DNA of 64,000 bases from Macrostomum lignano (Eukaryota). Below are positions 57,942 through 64,000 of the stretch, one piece after another. The translations under genes were made by a program, and so were the position numbers. The notes below the pieces were generated by a model. The model had not been told where the DNA came from. It worked only from the letters and a program-made list of their open reading frames with translations, and made no database searches. Location of the stretch: assembly GCA_002269645.1 (NCBI GenBank), contig NIVC01001018.1, positions 186,001 to 250,000 of the forward strand. The letters run 5' to 3'. How positions within the stretch are numbered: position 1 is the first letter of the stretch; each line of letters opens with the position of its first letter.

Positions 57942-59460
57942 TTAGGCTGACGGCACCTTGGCGTACTGGAAGTCCGATCCTGTCATGTAGTCGGCAATGT
58001 CTAGTGCTACAACGCAGCTCTCGCGAACCAGAATCTCCGGGTCAGTCAGGTATTGCCGGAGCAGTTCGACGCAGCGCGGCGTGCCAATGGCGCCGAGAGC
58101 TTCAGCTGCCTCGTGACGTACCATGCCGTGCTCTGATTGGTCAGTGAGGCGGCCAATCAGGGCCTCCATAGAGCTGGGATGGCCAAGCTGGCCCAGTACG
58201 AAGGCGACCTCGTGTCGTAGCAGAGCGCTCTCCGGGCAGGTCAGGGCGGCGCTAAGGCCGGCCACCGCCTCTTCGGCTGACTGGCCGTCTGGCGGCCCAG
58301 CGAGAGCAACGTTGCGCAGGCCGAACATCGCACAGTAGCGATCGTACAGGGGCGCGGATGGGTCCGACTGCAGCGGCGGAGTGGGATGGAACTGATATAA
58401 GATGGATCTGGTGTAGGGTTGTAGGGTGGCTAAAGTGTTAAGGGATCAGGCTTGGGATGAGTTGGCTGTGGGATGGATCAGGTGTGGCATGGACCAGGTG
58501 TGGCATGAATCAGGTGTGGGATGGATCAGGTGTGGGATGGACCAGGTGTGGCATGAACCAGGTGTGGGATGGATCAGGTGTGGGATGGATCAGGTGTGGG
58601 AAAGACCAGGTGTGGCATGAATTAGGTGTGGCATGAATCAGGTGTGGCATGAATCAGGTGTGGGATGGATCAGGTGTGGGATGGATCAGGTGTGGCATGG
58701 ACCAGGTGTGGCATGAATCAGGTGTGGCATGGATCAGGTGTGGCATGAATCAGGTGTGGCATGAATCAGGTGTGGGATGGATCAGGTGTGGGATGGACTA
58801 GGTGTGGCATGGATCAGGTGTGGCATGAATCAGGTGTGGGATGGATCAGGTGTGGAATACTCCCCAAGCCAGAGGTCAGAATCCGGCGCCTACAAAGCCC
58901 AGAGCGCGAGAATTGTCACTCACCAGCCTCTGGGCCATGGCGGCCACAGACTCTGAGGCTGAGGCAGGCGGCGTGGGATCAACAGAAGCGCAGGCGGCCA
59001 CGGCGGCCGACACTTCCTCGGGTCGGGCGGTTTTCAGCCAGGCAATCCGCCGGACAGCCAGTTGGCAGGTCTCGGCCAGCTCCTGCTCTGGGGAGTCGGT
59101 CAGCTCGGCCACCGCGGCCAGCGCCTCCTCGGTGCCGATTGCGCCGAGCGCCTCGGCGGCCTCGTGCCGGACAATGACCGGCTGAGCGGGGTCGGCCAGC
59201 ACGCGGCGCAGGATTGCTGCAGAGGCCGGGTCGCCTTTCTGACCGAGTACGTAGGCCATCTCGTGCTTCAACAGTGCGGACTTGTCGGTGAACAGGGCGG
59301 CGCCAATCAAGTCGACGGCGGCCGGCTCTCTGGCGTGGCGCAAGCCGAACAGGCAGCGGTACTTTTCTACTAGGGGAGTCCGCTCGCCAGCCAGCTGCTC
59401 GCCCCAGCTGCGCAGAGTGGCCTCATCCACTGGCTTGATGTCTACAGCTGCTGCGCTCAT
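57942..59460 (-). CDS. DOHH: Deoxyhypusine hydroxylase; join(complement 58924..59460,57942..58367), 320 aa
   Basis: Four HE motifs in HEAT-like repeats (LLKHEMAY, VRHEAAEALG, LLRHEVAF, VRHEAAEALG) and VRESCVVALD; phase-0 GT-AG intron. Confidence 0.95.
58430..58860. repeat. 16-bp minisatellite (GGATGGATCAGGTGTG / GCATGAATCAGGTGTG) in the DOHH intron
   Basis: Read directly. Confidence 0.95.
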
Positions 59461-59619
59461 GACGTCGCTAAGCTGCAAGGAGAAGTATGTGACAAGCTTT
59501 TAACACTTCAAGCGTGTACCAGCTGGCATCCTGGTTTTCTATCTGACATTTTGAATTTCAAACGAGATTCTGACGCTTAAGAAAGCCAGCATTAATTGGT
59601 TACTTGCCAATTCAGCCAA

Positions 59620-60050
59620 TCGGAGGCAGACACGTCATGAAATAGAGTCTAGCCTATTGACAATCTATCCAATCCGCGACAGACACGTCATTAAATAGTC
59701 TAGCTAACCTAGCCAATCAGATACAGACACGTCATTAAATAGTCTAGCTAATCTAGCCAATCCGAGACAGACACGTCATTAAATAGTCTAGCTAACCTAG
59801 CCAATCAGATACAGACACGTCATTAAATAGTCTAGCTAATCTAGCCAATCCGAGACAGACACGTCATTAAATAGTCTAGCTAACCTAGCCAATCAGATAC
59901 ATACACGTCATTAAATAGTCTAGCTAACCTAGCCAATCAGATACATACACGTCATTAAATAGTCTAGCTAACCTAGCCAATCAGATACAGACACGTCATT
60001 AAATAGTCTAGCTAATCTAGCCAATCCGAGACAGACATGTTATAAAATAG
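59620..60050. repeat. 43/44-bp tandem array upstream of DOHH; each unit carries CCAAT and CACGTCA
   Basis: Unit AGACACGTCATTAAATAGTCTAGCTAA(C/T)CTAGCCAATC(A/C)GA.., about 10 copies. Confidence 0.92.
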
Positions 60051-62559
60051 AGTCCAACCAAGCCAAACAGAGACAGACCCAATTTACGCTCGTATTGTAA
60101 ATTATATGAAGATTAAAACAAAGCTATCACTATCATACGCAGACACATTGATGTGCAGGTTATACTAGCATGGTATCTAAATTATAGCTTAATAACCATA
60201 GACTCCAGCCTTAATCCGTAACGGGGTCAACCCGTTCTAAAGGGACAACCAAGCAACCAAGAAACGCCAAGGGTCTGACACCGTAGCTCAATAGGCTTGA
60301 ATCTCTCTGGGGATATTGGAAAAAAGGAAGAAAAAAGGAAGACGAGTCCCCAAGAGATAGACAGAGAGGAAAAGGGCGAGATGGCAACGGAACAGGAGGG
60401 GAGAGGAAAGAGAGAACAGGAAAAGCGCAAAAATCCAATAAATCCAAGTCTCCACGGATATCGCCAAAGAAAAAGCAGCAGATAGGCAGGCAAAGCTAGA
60501 AGCACCAGACCCAGCTCGATAATTGTCCAGCAAGTGCCCCGCCCCGTCCGCTCCCAGCCAACACATCCAACTCTTGAGCTTGGAGGAGGGGGCGGGGTCG
60601 AGTCGAGGGGCGACCCAAGCCGAAGAAATCGTAGGTTTTCGGGTGGCAACGGCAATGGGACTGTCGAAGAAGTACTTTGGGAAGACTTGAAGGAGGGAGA
60701 GAGAGTAGGGACGGGAGGGAGGTGGGTGGGGTTCCCCCTCCCCTCCCCGATCTTGATTAATGCAGCCCGATGGTTCTCAGAAATCCACGACTCCTCTTAC
60801 TTATTGCCTGGAAACTTGCAGCCAAGCCCAACTGGTTCGCGTCCTTGGACCCGCCTAACCCTATACTTAAAGATATATTTAAGGCTGGCTGGCATGCATT
60901 GAATGACTCTTCGGTGGCGGCTGACGTGTAGATAGCCGCACTCGATGGAAGCCCAGCTATAGAGGGGATCGGAGAGAGCTGCGACAGGAGAAACTGAGTG
61001 CACCTCTCTGCACATTAGTGCACTTCTCTCTGTCTACCCTCCCCCTGTCTGGCTGACTCACTGTGTGTGCGAATCCTTATCCCAGTCACCCCCATGGCTC
61101 CCATCCCTGTACTGGAGGTCCCGGCACAACTGACACATACAGCGCACGCTGCATGCCCCAATAGCTGCTGAATTTAACTGGGAAATGGGATGTCTATTTA
61201 TAACTCAGGAGCAAAGAGGACGAGGGGGGGGGCGATTGACCCGGCTGGAGAGAGATGAAAGACGCAAAAGTTGGCCCCCTTTTTTAAGTGTGAATCCCAA
61301 TACGAAGAAGCCGAAATTGGATAACTGGAAATAATTGGCTGTGTTAGATTTCCGCTGGGAATAAGAGCATTTAAGCGAGGTAAAAGGGGAGATTCTATTC
61401 GAATGTAGGACATTATAACTTTAGACTGGCACCCATACAGAGTAAAATAGCGTTCGTTTGTACGATTGATTGTCTCCCCGCTGCATCTGTTGGCAGAGTG
61501 CACTGAGACAAAAGGTCTAATATAAACAGCATGGATATCTGCTTGGATTAACTCCCACCACTAGCCTCTTTCTAACTACCTGCAGCAATACAACCAACAA
61601 ATGAATGCACAGATAAGAAGCTAGAGAGCCTTGGCTTAGCAGCGGGAAGCCAAATAATAGCAGCACAGAGAATGCGGGATGCCGCCCGGTGGGGAGCCGC
61701 GGCAAGACAGTGGGGACAAGGGGAGAGCGAACCAGCATAAGAGGGATAAGAGGAAGCGGTATACGGGGGGGGGGTTAGCGGGCGCAAAAGTACTGTTGAG
61801 AGGAATAAAATTTGGCGCAGAGCTGGATGGAAATATGGAGGATAAATAAGGATGCATAGAGACTGGCAGACGGACAGGCAGTTGCAGAAATGATAGGGAG
61901 CGCGGTGCTTGCATACAGAAGAATGGAATTTTCATATATGCACTGCGCTGCCTCGTTGGACAAATAATCATTAAGTGCCAGACAAAAGGAGAGAGAGGGG
62001 GGACAGAGCATAGGAAGCTGGGGGGGGGGAAACAGAGCCCCAGCGAGATAATCCGGCCGATTCAGTAGGAAAGAGGAAATCGGGAAATGCTGATAACGAT
62101 GAGCACTATAGCGCCCGCAATACACAGGCTCGCATGGCATGAAAAATCTGGCAAGCAGCGTCTCAGTTCACACAAGCGCAGCGAGCCTGAGAAAGGGCAG
62201 CTGGAGCTTTGATGAAAGAAGATGGAATGGTCCAAGTGAGAGGAGCTGGGAGAAGCAGCCAAGCGAACGACCGGAGAGCCGGAGATGGAGGAAATGGCGA
62301 TGCGAGGAGGCCGGCGAAGAACCGGGCTACATATACCGCATGTCTAGCAGGCACACGGATGGAAATTCGATGGGATAATCGCAGGGCCAGCTCGAGCCTG
62401 CCAGCTGTCACGCACAGCCAGGCGTGTAGGTAGCAATACTGAGTAGCAAGAGAAGCAATCATTCCCCCGAAACCGCGCTATCACTGGACCTGCTCTTATT
62501 GAACCCCGAAAAAATTGCTTAGAAATAAAGATATGCCTAAGCTTAATCCATGCAAATCA

Positions 62560-62910
62560 ATATCCAGCATCGAATCTGGAGGTCAGGAGCCCCACAGCTT
62601 CATATCCAGCATCGAATCTGGGAGTCAGGAGCCCCACAGCTTCATATCCAGCATCGAATCTGGGAGTCAGGAGCCCCACAGCTTCATATCCAGCATCGAA
62701 TCTGGAGGTCAGGAGCCCCACAGCTTCATATCCAGCATCGAATCTGGGAGTCAGGAGCCCCACAGCTTCATATCCAGCATCGAATCTGGAGGTCAGGAGC
62801 CCCACAGCTTCATATCCAGCATCGAATCTGGGAGTCAGGAGCCCCACAGCTTCATATCCAGCATCGAATCTGGCGTCAGGAACCTCACAGCTTCATACCC
62901 AGCATCGAAA
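62560..62910. repeat. 42-bp minisatellite (CATATCCAGCATCGAATCTGGGAGTCAGGAGCCCCACAGCTT)
   Basis: Read directly. Confidence 0.93.
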
Positions 62911-64000
62911 TTTTGCACTAAAACGGGAGTAAGCAACGCATGAGGTCAATAAGCAGCCTCGAATCGGGGTCATATTTAATTTAACCGAAGAGTGTCACGC
63001 GAATTGTCGAAATTTTAGCTACGGAAATTGAAAAAATACACGAATCCATAGGGAAATTTTACTTTGCACGGCAGTCCCAGAGGAGAAGCAGGATCCCAAC
63101 CCAAGCATTGCGATCCCAGTGGTAAAAAAGTAACATTCGATTAGGTTTCGCTACTAAAGCCGTTACTAAGGCGTAACAGATTGCTCCATTGCATCGCTAG
63201 TATAGTTTCTGCCCTCGCGTCTTCATCGAGAACAGGGAATCTATAATGTATTTTGTGGTTTAAAAATAGCAGCCAAGTAAGTTTACTGCAAATACGACCT
63301 CGTATTCTGCAAGAGTTTCCATTTTTTGCAAAAAAAAATTTTTTTACTCTGCTCAGAATAAATTTTGCTGGCTTCTGCTTCCGCATGGATGCACCAATTG
63401 ATTATGAATCCTAGTAAGTTAATATTTCCATCCAACCCTAGTATATTTATCGATTCCTCTGTTGGCTTCCGAAACACATACGGACAAAGTCGAGAGGAGG
63501 CAGATCGAATTTTCTTTAGGAGAAGCGCCATCATAAACAAAAAATACGACACGCACAGCCAACAAAAGGACATACTCATACCTCAACCGTTGTATAAATG
63601 TCATCCGGCCTTGCTTTCAATTAAAAAAAATTATTTTATCACACTTGAAAAACGGAGAGTGCCTCTTCTCTTTTCTATGGACTGCTCTGTAAGACACTTT
63701 AGCTGAGAGGCCAGATAGGTTAAACACAGCGGCGGAGAAAAGAAACTCCCGAGGGTAGAGAGTGAGTAGAGCATGAGAGCAAGAGACGAAATGAGCGAAA
63801 GCGGAAAGGTGGCCCAATAAAGGAAAGCTGTAAAAAATGAGCCGACCAGCCTGAAACTGATGGAAGCATAAATCAAGCCGCACAGTGAGCACAGGGGCGC
63901 CGTGGATATTCTGAGGCTGCGCTGGAGATGGGAGCTCAGGATGAGAAAGCGGCTAGCTAAAAAGAGGCTGAGGAAATGTGAGCCGGGTCAGGGGGGGGGG

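Noticed and set aside
60180-62460. Purine-rich region with many short ORFs, possibly a decayed retroelement
   Set aside because: No recognisable RT, endonuclease or recombinase motif in any frame I read.
1-64000. Spliced-leader RNA or snRNA gene
   Set aside because: No recognisable SL exon with donor and Sm site, and no snRNA sequence seen.

Overview
Eukaryotic (metazoan) genomic DNA, not prokaryotic; I found no CRISPR array or rRNA. GC-rich exons with few introns, about 22 unrelated minisatellite arrays (roughly 11-12 kb by my estimate) and acceptor AGs close to start codons resemble a Macrostomum-type flatworm genome; this organism guess is inference only. I reconstructed the spliced genes by hand, checking splice phases: TMEM170-like (+), TELO2 (+), ENTPD5/6-type apyrase (+), RPL5 (-), CSRP/muscle LIM protein (-), MFF (+), an orphan 2-TM gene (+), DOHH (-) and a low-complexity orphan ORF (-). 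Mobile DNA includes a full-length Loa/R1-group LINE with a 13-bp TSD and a young non-coding LTR element with a tRNA-Gln PBS and 4-bp TSD. There are also a TIR element with an 8-bp TSD and PHD remnant, a long-TIR MITE with an 8-bp TSD, hAT- and Merlin-like remnants, tRNA-derived SINEs and two foldback elements. Three observations stand out. (1) A 30-bp remnant made only of the two MITE termini sits between its own 8-bp TSDs, the footprint expected from P-superfamily excision. (2) Every multi-exon gene carries a private intronic tandem array, and some arrays are copies of the adjacent splice junction or promoter motif. (3) TMEM170-TELO2 spacing suggests an operon resolved by trans-splicing. Most long ORFs in the supplied track are artefacts of stop-free repeats.
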